Positions 21,208-31,163 of a stretch of DNA of 51,365 bases are shown piece after piece (the first letter of the stretch is position 1; each line of letters begins with the position of its first letter). The notes under the pieces were generated by a model. It saw only the letters and a list, made by a program, of their open reading frames with translations, ran no database searches and was not told the origin of the DNA. The stretch is from Candidatus Hodarchaeota archaeon (GTDB taxonomy: Archaea > Asgardarchaeota > Lokiarchaeia > Sigyniarchaeales > SOKP01). Location of the stretch: contig JBHLKM010000023.1 in assembly GCA_048886685.1 (NCBI GenBank), forward strand, positions 1 through 51,365, written 5' to 3'. The translations under genes were made by a program, and so were the position numbers.

Positions 21208-21266
21208 AAATAAAAATGTACAAGTCTGAATACTACCCTTATGAAGAAAATAGGGTGATATAAGAA

Positions 21267-22631
21267 ATTACTTCCTATGATCTAGTAATTGTTGGGGCTG
21301 GAACATCAAGCACAATTGCCGCCCGATTTGCTGCATCAAATGGATTGAAAGTATGTTTAATTGATGCAAACAAGAGAGAGGAGATCGGTAATAAGGTGTG
21401 CGGAGATGTGGTTTTAGCCTCCATTTTTGACTTTTTAAAGATTGGTCCGCCTCAAGGAAAAGAAATATTAAGTATGAAGAACGCGATCAAGTTATATGGC
21501 TCGGATCTTCAACATCATCTTACAGTTAACATGCCAATTTACTTGGTGGATAGATTACGATTTGGGCAAAAACTTTTAAAGGATGCGCTTGATTCGGGAG
21601 TGGCAGAATTTTTAGATAACTCTAAGGTTATGGATTTAACATATAAAAATGGGAGCGTTAATGGAGTTACGGTAAGATTAAAAACTGGGGAAAAAGTGAC
21701 TATAAACGCTAAAATAGTAATTGATGGCAGCGGAGCTCATTCTATTGTACGAAAAAGAATCAAAAGCGATATTATACAAAAGGAGATTTCAAAAGATGAT
21801 TTAGTTATTTGTTATCGGGAAATCATTCAACTTAATGATAACTTGACTCCAAATATACCCATGGATTCTTTAACGGTTGTGTTTGATTCTGATAATGTTC
21901 CCGGAGGCTATTTCTGGTACTTTCCCAAATCAGACACAATAGCTAACCTAGGACTAGGTGTTTTATTACATCGAGAAAGTAATTTGAAACAAATTTATCA
22001 GAACGTTGTTTTAAATAAATTTTTAGGTACAAGGAATTACAAAATATTATTTTCAGGTGGAGATATCGTTCCTATTAGAAGACCTCTTCCTTCCTGTGCT
22101 GACAATGGTATTATGTTTATAGGAGATGCGGGATGCCACGTTAACACATCTAGCGGTGGAGGAATTCATACCGGAATGAGAGCTGGTTATTATGCTGCCA
22201 TGATCGCTAAAAAAGCAATTGAAGCTGAGGATTTTTCATTACATGAATTATGGGATTATAATTATCTTCTGATGAATGATTTTGGGATAGGACATGCAAC
22301 TAATGATATTGCTCGATTTCTCTTACAACACCTCACCACAAATGATTTTAATTATATTGTAAAAAAGAAATTGATTGATGATAATGAGCTCACACAAATG
22401 TTTTATGGTAAAATGATCTCCCCATCGATTAAAAAATTGGTATTAAAATTATCTAAGGGAATATCCAAGCCCAAATTGTTGCTTAAACTAAATTATCTTT
22501 TCAAACAGATGAAGAAGATTAATCAGCATTATTTACAATATCCTCAAGATGCCAATAGTTATGAAGCTTGGCGAGAAATTGAAAATGACATGTTTAACAA
22601 TGTTTTTCTAAAAATAGTTCCTAATAACTAA
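21267..22631 (+). CDS. Geranylgeranyl reductase (DGGGPL reductase-like)
   Basis: The frame extends upstream of the ORF-track start to YDLVIVGAG. It also has K.CG, DGSG, GYFWYFP, GDAG and GGGI. The start is uncertain (ATT). Confidence 0.85.
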   Translation: MTSYDLVIVGAGTSSTIAARFAASNGLKVCLIDANKREEIGNKVCGDVVLASIFDFLKIGPPQGKEILSMKNAIKLYGSDLQHHLTVNMPIYLVDRLRFGQKLLKDALDSGVAEFLDNSKVMDLTYKNGSVNGVTVRLKTGEKVTINAKIVIDGSGAHSIVRKRIKSDIIQKEISKDDLVICYREIIQLNDNLTPNIPMDSLTVVFDSDNVPGGYFWYFPKSDTIANLGLGVLLHRESNLKQIYQNVVLNKFLGTRNYKILFSGGDIVPIRRPLPSCADNGIMFIGDAGCHVNTSSGGGIHTGMRAGYYAAMIAKKAIEAEDFSLHELWDYNYLLMNDFGIGHATNDIARFLLQHLTTNDFNYIVKKKLIDDNELTQMFYGKMISPSIKKLVLKLSKGISKPKLLLKLNYLFKQMKKINQHYLQYPQDANSYEAWREIENDMFNNVFLKIVPNN

Positions 22632-22823
22632 TACATTCTTTATAACCTTAATATTAGATAATTGCATGAGCGCAATATAATCAACCTGGTGTTCCACCAT
22701 CAAATCGATAATCATAGTAAAAAGGAGAAAAAGTTATTATTATATACAAGAAAAATTATGAAAAATTTATTTATTTTAATGGAAAAGGAAGAAAAAAAAT
22801 CCTAAATAGGCTTAATTTAGAAT

Positions 22824-24095
22824 TTAGTTAACAATTTCTTCTTTTCGATAATCCACACGTGGGAGTCGTGTTATATCATAAGGAAGGGGCGCATCATCTG
22901 GTATAGGATCAATATAAAAATAGCGAAATCTCGCATTCTGCATCCTACAGGATGTAACACGATGTTTATAAGCAGGATGATGGATCATTATTTTCCAGAT
23001 TTCTTTCAATGGCATATCTCGAATATTCCCAAAAGATAAAGGGGTAAAATCACAAGGAGTTACATCCCCATATGCTGAAATGTAATATTGAATATATGCT
23101 GCTAAACATCCAACACCAGCAAGATAAGATTCAATAGAATTTTGCCAAGATTGTGAAGAGAGTGGCGGAATAATTTGATTTTTACTTATATTTGAAGAAA
23201 ATTCACGAATTTCTTCACGTTGTTCAAATGTTAGGAGTTCACTTGTATCTTTCAAGATTTTTCCCGTTGGAACTCCATCAAATAACATTACATTATGTAA
23301 TCCCAATTGTTTTGCGAGCTCATGAATTTTTTTATAATTTCCCTCTTTAGTAGATGATTGGGTTGCATAAGATGAAAATCCAACAAATATACCTTTCTCT
23401 TTCGCTCGTTTAATCCCTTCTATTGCTGTTTCAAAAAGGCCTGCTACACCTCTTAATTTATTGTGTTCGTCGGGAAACGGACTGTCGATGCTTACAAAGA
23501 GGGAGTATAATCCCGCCTTAGTTAATTTATCTATATTATCTTGAGTAAGAAGTAGACCATTAGTAAATAATATCGGAACCGCCTTTTTTTGATTGACATG
23601 TGAGATCAACTCAAAAATATCTTCGCGCAATAAAGGTTCCCCACCCGTAAAAGCTAGGATTGATATACCCAGCTTTTGACTTTCTTCAATCACTCTTTTT
23701 GCTTCTTCTGTAGTTAATTCGGGAATATTTACTTTTTTATGCTTTCCTGCACTACAATGAACACAATTACATTGGCATTTATAAGTAACCGCAAATGTCA
23801 TTGCAATAGGCCTAAAATGTCTTAGTATTTTTCCTCTAATCACGTTCTTTATGGCTCGGAACATAGCTCGGCTACCTATAGGGGGGGAAAATGTATTTGC
23901 TACTCTATTTCCACGCCATTGACCTAAATTATAATTTTTATAGAATTTAGCTTGGAAAATAAGCATAATTATTAGGCGAAATCTATCTACAATTGGGTTC
24001 AAAAATCCAGTACCTACTGTTTCTCCATTCTCAAGCTGTTTATAACTCACTAATCGCTTACCAAAAAGTTTCCAAAATATGCGTTCTCTTACCAT
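22824..24095 (-). CDS. Radical SAM protein with SPASM/twitch domain
   Basis: CQCNCVHC, TGGEP, TNG, SID, C.A....YI...GDV.PC. Confidence 0.9.
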   Translation of the reverse strand: MVRERIFWKLFGKRLVSYKQLENGETVGTGFLNPIVDRFRLIIMLIFQAKFYKNYNLGQWRGNRVANTFSPPIGSRAMFRAIKNVIRGKILRHFRPIAMTFAVTYKCQCNCVHCSAGKHKKVNIPELTTEEAKRVIEESQKLGISILAFTGGEPLLREDIFELISHVNQKKAVPILFTNGLLLTQDNIDKLTKAGLYSLFVSIDSPFPDEHNKLRGVAGLFETAIEGIKRAKEKGIFVGFSSYATQSSTKEGNYKKIHELAKQLGLHNVMLFDGVPTGKILKDTSELLTFEQREEIREFSSNISKNQIIPPLSSQSWQNSIESYLAGVGCLAAYIQYYISAYGDVTPCDFTPLSFGNIRDMPLKEIWKIMIHHPAYKHRVTSCRMQNARFRYFYIDPIPDDAPLPYDITRLPRVDYRKEEIVN

Positions 24096-24250
24096 TTTAA
24101 GGTTAAAGCTCTTTCTATAATTTTATTATGTCTATTATGTATAAATGATTTGATCTATATCTTCTTTCCGATAATCTATACCCTGGTAAACATTAAAAGT
24201 TTTTTGCTTTAATGTATTATTCAACCTATTAACAGGAAATTAGAAGGTAA

Positions 24251-25003
24251 TCACTTATTTAGAAATTCAATGAAATTCTTCATAGGTATTCCTGTTCCCA
24301 TAAAAATAATAGGTTTTTCATTGCTAGAAAGGTCTTCAAACTCTTCACTGTAGAAAAATTGGCACAATTGGGAGAATTTTTCTGAAAATGAATTAAATTG
24401 GCGGGGAGATAGATACACATATGCAGAAATTAGGGGAAATTCTTGGTTTGCATTATGTTCCAAATCGACTTCTGAATCACTGTTATAATAAGGGTTAAAT
24501 AGCCCATAAATAAGTTTTTTTATAAGATTTATCATTTCTTCTGGTCTGCTCTCAAGATCGTTATTGATTTTCTCAAAGAATTGCTGTTGGATTTCGAGGT
24601 TCATAATACGTATTTTAGTCATAAATAGCATTACGTCAAGTACAGTTTTGGCTTGTTCGGTAGTAAGAGACTCTGGATTAAGTCCGGGGAGAATGGCATT
24701 AAATTCAGTCTCAAAATTAGGATTAATAGAATACATATTCTCAAATACCTTAGGTTTAGCTGAACCCGGATCTGTGAATAATGGTCGTTTTTCTTCTATT
24801 ATAACATCAAATCCTTTCATTTTTTGTATATGACCATGAATCGTGGATTTACTTTTATTTAGCTTTTGAGCAATTTCGGAGAGGCTTAATTTACCGTAAA
24901 TATTTAGAAAACTATATATTTGAAATTTTGTCTTGCTGAGGAGATCAACAATCTTAGCCATTCTTTTCTTTTTTGAATTTTGGTTTTTCATTTTTTTAAT
25001 CAC
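24251..25003 (-). CDS. Winged-helix transcriptional regulator
   Basis: LSLSEIAQKLNKSKSTIHGHI HTH; divergent from the MFS gene. Confidence 0.75.
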   Translation of the reverse strand: MIKKMKNQNSKKKRMAKIVDLLSKTKFQIYSFLNIYGKLSLSEIAQKLNKSKSTIHGHIQKMKGFDVIIEEKRPLFTDPGSAKPKVFENMYSINPNFETEFNAILPGLNPESLTTEQAKTVLDVMLFMTKIRIMNLEIQQQFFEKINNDLESRPEEMINLIKKLIYGLFNPYYNSDSEVDLEHNANQEFPLISAYVYLSPRQFNSFSEKFSQLCQFFYSEEFEDLSSNEKPIIFMGTGIPMKNFIEFLNK

Positions 25004-25032
25004 TATTAATAGATAATATTCGAAAATATAAA

Positions 25033-25137
25033 AATTGATCGAATTCGATTAATTAAAGAAAATACGAACCTTTAAATATTATCGTTTTAATTTAATAATT
25101 ATTGAATTCGGAATTAACAATAAAAAACGAATTCGAT
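25033..25137. promoter_or_regulatory. Putative operator sites (GAATTCG core)
   Basis: Near-palindrome aattgATCGAATTCGATtaatt at 25033-25054, with related copies at about 25104 and 25128. Confidence 0.5.
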
Positions 25138-25170
25138 AAAACTGATAAATAAAAAATAAGGTAAAAAACA

Positions 25171-26637
25171 ATGAAAAAAAACAAGAATATAAATGAAAAT
25201 AAAAGTAAAAGTGAAAAAAAAACCAATGGAATGAAAAAAACTTGGCCTGCATTTGTTTCAAAGGCATCGTATGCGATGGCTATCAGTGCAGTTTTTTTGA
25301 ATGTAATTATTATTTCAGACTTGCTTTGGCCGAATGAGTCATTTCATAGTGCTGAATTAGGATTGTTAATAGGAAGTTCGATGTTTTCAACAGCATTTTC
25401 GGGAATTTTCTTTGGGTATTTAGCAGATAAATATTCCCGGAAAAATCTCTATGTGATATCAGTTAGTCTTTATGGAGTTGGATTAATTCTGACGGGATTC
25501 ATTCCAATCGGCTTAGGAAATACGTCATTTTATTTATTTGTTGCTATGCTAATACTCCAAGGATTTTTCAGTGGAGCTTTTAATCCAATTGAAACCTCAT
25601 ATATTAATGACATAGTGGGGCAATCAATGCGATCTAAATTTTATGGGTCGATAAATGCGATCTTTCAGTTGGCTCAAGTGGTTGGAATGCTATTTTCTTC
25701 GTTTCTATTTCAGAATTTACTATGGAGACAATTCTACTGGATCTTGGGCACTTTGATTGTATTTGAGGGTATATTGATAGCATTTAAAATCACGGAACCT
25801 AGAAGAGGAATTCAACAAGAAGAATTAAAGGAAGCTTTAAATTCGCCCGATATTGAATATAGATATCAACTCACAAAAGAGACTGTTCGAACAACAATCT
25901 TTAGGAGCACTAACATTGTTGCATTTATCGAAGGAATTTTTACCACAGTGTTGCTTGCGATACCCGATTTCTTGCTAATTGCATATATCTCAGGACCCCC
26001 TCATAATATTGCTCCCTTTACTATGACAATTTTCATGTTATTGACGGGATTACCTGGAGCGATATTTGGTTCATTAATTTTTGCAAAATTATCTGACAGA
26101 CTCGCAGAGAAAAATTATAAATTTCGGGTATATCTGATTATCTCATCGATAGTTGGGATGTTTGGATTATTCTTAGTGATCTTTATACTGCCTGTTCCAA
26201 ATTTTAGTTCTAGTGAAGGAAAGAATATCATGCTACTTTTTACGAATCCAGAAATTATAGCATTAGGAATTATGGCATTCTTAGCGAAAATGATAATTAC
26301 GATATATTCAATTAACCAACCTCCGATCTTACAAAAAATTAATCTACCTGAAGCGCAAGGGAAAATAAGTTCTGCAAACCAATTTCTTGAGTTAATAGGC
26401 TCAGGGCTTGGTCCAATGATAGCAGGAGTTCTATTGATTAATTTTAATCAAAATTACCAACTTACGGTTCTTGTTTCAGTACTCATTGGCATGATTGGTT
26501 GCATGGCATGGCTTTTCGGAGCGAGATCAATAAACAGAGATATTCAAAGAATATCATCAATATTGGATAATCGAGCAATGGAACTAAAAGAAAAAAATCA
26601 AATTGCCAATGAATTAAGCATAATAACATCTCGTTAA
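25171..26637 (+). CDS. MFS transporter
   Basis: GYLADKYSRK motif A and about 12 TM helices. Confidence 0.88.
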   Translation: MKKNKNINENKSKSEKKTNGMKKTWPAFVSKASYAMAISAVFLNVIIISDLLWPNESFHSAELGLLIGSSMFSTAFSGIFFGYLADKYSRKNLYVISVSLYGVGLILTGFIPIGLGNTSFYLFVAMLILQGFFSGAFNPIETSYINDIVGQSMRSKFYGSINAIFQLAQVVGMLFSSFLFQNLLWRQFYWILGTLIVFEGILIAFKITEPRRGIQQEELKEALNSPDIEYRYQLTKETVRTTIFRSTNIVAFIEGIFTTVLLAIPDFLLIAYISGPPHNIAPFTMTIFMLLTGLPGAIFGSLIFAKLSDRLAEKNYKFRVYLIISSIVGMFGLFLVIFILPVPNFSSSEGKNIMLLFTNPEIIALGIMAFLAKMIITIYSINQPPILQKINLPEAQGKISSANQFLELIGSGLGPMIAGVLLINFNQNYQLTVLVSVLIGMIGCMAWLFGARSINRDIQRISSILDNRAMELKEKNQIANELSIITSR

Positions 26638-26774
26638 AACCTTTTCTAATTTTCTTTATTAATATTTCTTATTTTTAAATTAGAATTTTTTAATCAAAAA
26701 AATCGGTTATTTCACGAATCTTTACCTAATAAGGTCTAATTCAGCAAAACTCATTAAATCAAACAATTAAAAAT

Positions 26775-26936
26775 TTAGATTTTAAATGCTGTCATATATG
26801 TGTGTCTAATTGCCCAGAATGTTTTAAAAAAGATGAAGAACAAAATAAAATAATATTTAATGATCCTCAGAACCAATATAGTTCAATTGGTCGCTGTATC
26901 TGTAAGTGTCAAGAGGATTCGATTCTCCATGAATTT
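26775..26936 (+). pseudogene. Degenerate 2x[4Fe-4S] ferredoxin-domain remnant (possibly a nitroreductase N-terminus)
   Basis: CCHICVSNCP...SSIGRCICKCQEDSI; several cluster Cys residues are lost and there is no start codon. Confidence 0.5.
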
Positions 26937-27027
26937 TGCTATTTCAAAAAAAAATTTTAGTTTTGGACAATGGATTGCCCAAAAAAGTAAGAAGGTGTGA
27001 AAAATTAGTATTATTAAATCTTTCCGT

Positions 27028-28122
27028 TCAATATACGGTTAAAACTTCGAATACCTGGTTAGTAAATTCCGCTATTTTGTCTAAAGCCTCTTTGGCTTCT
27101 GGTAAAAGTTCAAATCTTGTTTGTTGAAACACATGCGGCATCTCGTCCCATGCCTGTAAAGTTGCGTTCACTCCTGCTTTTTTAGCTTTTTCCACAAAAC
27201 GGGAAGCATCGCTATAGAGCATTTCACATGAGCTAGCTTGGATTAATATAGGAGGTAATCCACCTAAATCTCCGAACAATGGTGAGACAAATGGATTGCG
27301 AGGGTCTTCTCCAGCAAGATAGGCGGCCATCCACCAAAATGTTCCCGCATCTCCCAATCCAGGATCTGTTTCGCCATTTTTAAAGAAGGAATCATCTGAT
27401 AAAGAGCAGTCAGTTACAGGTGATAAACAAAATGCTCCAGCGGGTAAATCAATTCCCTGATCTTTTAGTTTTAAAAGAGTAGCAAGGGTTAAATTACCTC
27501 CAGCAGATTCTCCCGCAATTATTATATTCTCACTCTTGAATCCATTAGATAATAACCAATTATATGCGGTAACACAGTCCTCTAATGGTGTAGGAAATGG
27601 ATATTCCGGAGCTAAACGATAATCAGTACTAAGAATCTTTAAGTTAGTCACTTTAGCTATAACAGAAGTTATCCTCCGACTCTGTGAAGGAGAACCCATT
27701 ATAAAACCGCTCCCATGAATATGTAAAATTAGGTGATCTTTTATAGAATTTGGGGGAATAACCCATTCAGCGGGAATATTATCAAGCATGGTAGACTTGA
27801 ATTCTATATCACTTGAGATAGGAAAATTTTCCAAATCCTGCTTTGCCATATTTTCAGCCATATATCGTAATCCTCTTTTGAAATAATCTCTCTCCTCGTC
27901 AGTTAAACAATCATGGAGCTCAACTATTCCCTTTTCTTTTTTAAAGAACAATTCATTTAAATCCATAGTTTTCTTGTAGATTTCTTGAAAATTATATCCT
28001 TTGTTTTCTTCGAGAGCTGCAAATTGTAACATAAATTTCACAACATTGTTAAAAAATTCGTCCTGAATTTTGAGGATATCAGGTCGTACTTTATTTCGAT
28101 CTACAATTGGCAATTTTTTCAC
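27028..28122 (-). CDS. HSL-family alpha/beta hydrolase (esterase)
   Basis: HGSG, DYRLAPEYPFP, GESAGG, SP, HVF. Confidence 0.92.
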   Translation of the reverse strand: MKKLPIVDRNKVRPDILKIQDEFFNNVVKFMLQFAALEENKGYNFQEIYKKTMDLNELFFKKEKGIVELHDCLTDEERDYFKRGLRYMAENMAKQDLENFPISSDIEFKSTMLDNIPAEWVIPPNSIKDHLILHIHGSGFIMGSPSQSRRITSVIAKVTNLKILSTDYRLAPEYPFPTPLEDCVTAYNWLLSNGFKSENIIIAGESAGGNLTLATLLKLKDQGIDLPAGAFCLSPVTDCSLSDDSFFKNGETDPGLGDAGTFWWMAAYLAGEDPRNPFVSPLFGDLGGLPPILIQASSCEMLYSDASRFVEKAKKAGVNATLQAWDEMPHVFQQTRFELLPEAKEALDKIAEFTNQVFEVLTVY

Positions 28123-28356
28123 TCTTAAACATTAAATTTCTTATTAGTTTGTGTATAAGATGGCTTTATATATAAAAGAAATGGAAAGTAGTTATCATTA
28201 GAGATTTAATGCCTATATATTTTTGAATTTACTCGGAAATAAGGGAATTCTATTTTTTAGATATTAACTTAATACATCCTGCCTAAGCGTGAAGAATAGA
28301 TCCTCTAATGGATTATAATATCAACTTTTTTTAAACAAAATCTCTTCCATGATATT

Positions 28357-28725
28357 ATGACACTTGAAAGAAAGGATGTTCCTAAAAGCTTTATTCCCAT
28401 TTTTATGATATGGATTTTCCTATGCAATCTTGTGGCGATAATCTTAGCAATTTTATGGAATATTCAATTTTCCCAGAGCTTTTACTTTGATGCAATGGTC
28501 TCAATGTATATCATCATTGCGATAAATGTTCTTAGCATCATTCTATTATATCCATTACTAGGCATGGATCCAATAACTCCATTTCTAAAGGGTGCGCTCA
28601 TCTGGTATATTGTGATATCGATAATTTATGTCATTTTGGGTGCTTATTTTGCACTCATACCTGGTACTGTCCAATTACTAGGAGACCTTTGGTTTCATTG
28701 GAAGCGGAATAAGCTTATAGGATGA
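28357..28725 (+). CDS. Small membrane protein (paralog of 13462-13830)
   Basis: Same length and near-identical sequence. Confidence 0.8.
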   Translation: MTLERKDVPKSFIPIFMIWIFLCNLVAIILAILWNIQFSQSFYFDAMVSMYIIIAINVLSIILLYPLLGMDPITPFLKGALIWYIVISIIYVILGAYFALIPGTVQLLGDLWFHWKRNKLIG

Positions 28726-28845
28726 ATCTAAGCAAGAGAAATGGAACTATCTGATAAAATCTATTAAAATATATAATTGTCTTTCCATATTAGTAAGAAA
28801 TATATATAAAAAAAAGAATTAAATTTTAGATTTTCATTATTCCTT

Positions 28846-29160
28846 TTATTCTTTTATTTTCTTTGCCAATTTCATTAGTGGTGGAAGTACTTTAACTACT
28901 TCTATTGCAGGAGTGGTTTTAACTAACTTAAAAATACCAGGTTTAGCAATTCTCCACATGCCTGTCATCTCTATCAATTGTTCTTCACTATCGGCTTCTA
29001 CAATGGTTATACCCCAATAATCAGAAGTGCTAACATACCACGCAATTTCTTTCATACCTTCCACTGGCCACAGTTTTTTGCTTATTAATGATTGGGCAAG
29101 TCCTGCTAAATCTGATGGGTCAAAATCTGTATTAAGTTCCCAATAAGCCATAAAAATCAT
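28846..29160 (-). CDS. DUF3303-like small protein
   Basis: F..YW, G.K...WY, G..IVEADS.E, TPA; GGAGG RBS. Confidence 0.6.
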   Translation of the reverse strand: MIFMAYWELNTDFDPSDLAGLAQSLISKKLWPVEGMKEIAWYVSTSDYWGITIVEADSEEQLIEMTGMWRIAKPGIFKLVKTTPAIEVVKVLPPLMKLAKKIKE

Positions 29161-29307
29161 TTTATAACCTCCTTTAAATCCTTTACATTAGATTTTTACT
29201 TTTGTGTAGTTTTTTAAACTACATTGCTAAAATATTAGATATTAGTATTTAAGGATTTCTAGAACATTATATCCAGAAAAGAAAAAAAATAATTAAATAA
29301 GTGAAAG

Positions 29308-29428
29308 TTAATTGGTAAACATTTTATTAAGATTTAGGAGAAGATTCATATCTCCTTCAATTGTATACAACCCGTCCATGAAAGCTTTTTGTCTACTAAC
29401 TTCTCCGGTAACAATCTTCACCCACAAT
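29308..29428 (-). pseudogene. 3'-end remnant of the flavodoxin-SCP2 gene (copy of 31164-31284)
   Basis: 121-bp direct alignment including the stop codon. Confidence 0.88.
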
Positions 29429-29641
29429 CATTTTAAAATTTTTAATGTCTTTCTTAGGAGATAATAAAAATACCTAAATCTAATTTTAGGTCTGTTAGAG
29501 CAAGAACTAATTTTGGTATTAGAGGAAAAAAACCACAAAAAAATCATATAGAAATGAAGCATTTTATTTTGAGATAAACTTAATAACTGAGAAAATCCAT
29601 ATTATTATGAAATATTAAAAGAAATCAAGTGATCATAATTT

Positions 29642-30181
29642 ATGGCTGAATCCGATTTTAAATTCAAAATTTGCTTGTTGGGGGAAGGAGCTGTTGGGAA
29701 AACCTCTTTGGTGTATAGATTTATAGAGAATAAATTTCAAGAAGACTACAAGACTACTTTAGGAGTAACTATACTTCAAAAACATTTAGAAATTGATGAC
29801 TATTCCGTTTCACTTAATATTTGGGATTTTGGTGGGCAATATAGTTTTAAAAAACTTCGAAAATTATATCTAGAAGGTTCTAAAGGAGCATTAATAGTCT
29901 TTGATCTAACTAACAGGGAATCGTTTGAAAAACTTGGAGAGTGGATACAAGATTTTAGAGGACAACGAGGAGAGAAACCATTTTGGTTAATAGGGAACAA
30001 GGTTGATTTAAAAGACCAATTAGTTGTTACAGAGGAAGAAGCTAGTCTCTTAGCTAAAGAACATGGCGTGAATTTGATTATAACTTCAGCAAAAACAGGT
30101 GAAAATGTAGAAAAAGCTTTTGTTAATTTAGGTAAAGAAATATTAGAAGAAATAGTAAAGGAACTAGTAATAGCCGAATAG
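29642..30181 (+). CDS. Rab/Ras-like small GTPase (eukaryotic signature protein)
   Basis: G1 GEGAVGKT, G2 T, G3 WDFGGQ, G4 NKVD, G5 SAK. Confidence 0.95.
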   Translation: MAESDFKFKICLLGEGAVGKTSLVYRFIENKFQEDYKTTLGVTILQKHLEIDDYSVSLNIWDFGGQYSFKKLRKLYLEGSKGALIVFDLTNRESFEKLGEWIQDFRGQRGEKPFWLIGNKVDLKDQLVVTEEEASLLAKEHGVNLIITSAKTGENVEKAFVNLGKEILEEIVKELVIAE

Positions 30182-30366
30182 ATTTACGTAAATTAATTTA
30201 CTGCAGCGGTTTTACTAAGAAAAACATTTAAATTTTGAAAGTTAAGAAAAAAATAATCAAAAGTAAAAAATTTTAAAAATCATTTTAGTACTTATTGAAA
30301 AATTCAAGGAGATTTATCAAACTAATATGTACGAGACTTTCAATTCTTATTAGTTTAATATAATCC

Positions 30367-31110
30367 TTAAGTTATACGATTTCCTATTTCTAAGGCATTT
30401 TCTACGGCCCAACCGTGAGCATCATTATTAAAGTAAGCAAAAATCTTGATATTTTGTTTTAACCATTTAATAATTTTCTCAGCCCATTGATTAAGATGAT
30501 CACTTGAATATTTTCCATAATAAGGACCTACAGGTCCATGAAATCGTATATAAATGAAGTTTGCAGTAATCTGCTCTAGTAATAAATCTCCTGTAAAGTC
30601 ATGAATACATAGAGCAATATTAAATTTTTTAAATAAATCAATAAGATCCTGGATGTACCAACTGGGATTCCGCATTTCAAAGGCAAAAAGGTATTGCTTT
30701 GGGAGAATTTTAACAAATTCTTCTAACCTTTCAAGATTAACTCGCCAATTTGGAGGAAGTTGGAATAAGATTGGGCCTAATTTATGTTTTAATAAATCAA
30801 TAACTTCAAAGAATTTTTTAGTGGTTTCTTGACCGTCTTTAAGATACTTTCTATGAGTAATAAATTGATTTGCTTTTATAGCAAAAACAAAATGTTCAGG
30901 TGTTTCATCCATCCATTTTTGAACAGTATTTGCTTTTGGAATTCTATAAAAAGTACTATTTACTTCAACAGTTTCAAAATGCTTTACATAATATTTAAGC
31001 ATTTTATTATTAGGAAATTTTTCTGGATAAAAGGGACCTTTCCAATGATTATACATCCAGCCCGATGTACCAATTAAAGCTTTAACATTACTATTTTTTA
31101 CAATATTCAA
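30367..31110 (-). CDS. DUF72 family protein
   Basis: IGTSGW.Y, VEVNSTFY, ITH, LFQLPP, E.RN, YIRFHG, YFNND. Confidence 0.92.
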   Translation of the reverse strand: MNIVKNSNVKALIGTSGWMYNHWKGPFYPEKFPNNKMLKYYVKHFETVEVNSTFYRIPKANTVQKWMDETPEHFVFAIKANQFITHRKYLKDGQETTKKFFEVIDLLKHKLGPILFQLPPNWRVNLERLEEFVKILPKQYLFAFEMRNPSWYIQDLIDLFKKFNIALCIHDFTGDLLLEQITANFIYIRFHGPVGPYYGKYSSDHLNQWAEKIIKWLKQNIKIFAYFNNDAHGWAVENALEIGNRIT

Positions 31111-31163
31111 GTTCTAATCTATTTACTATAATGAAAGTTGAAGAATAATTTAAAAAATTGAGG

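Noticed and set aside
1317-30181. Eukaryote-like CAAX processing pathway (ICMT x2, CPBP, GTPase)
   Set aside because: The GTPase lacks a C-terminal Cys, CPBP is only a remnant, the genes are unlinked, and these families are widespread in prokaryotes.
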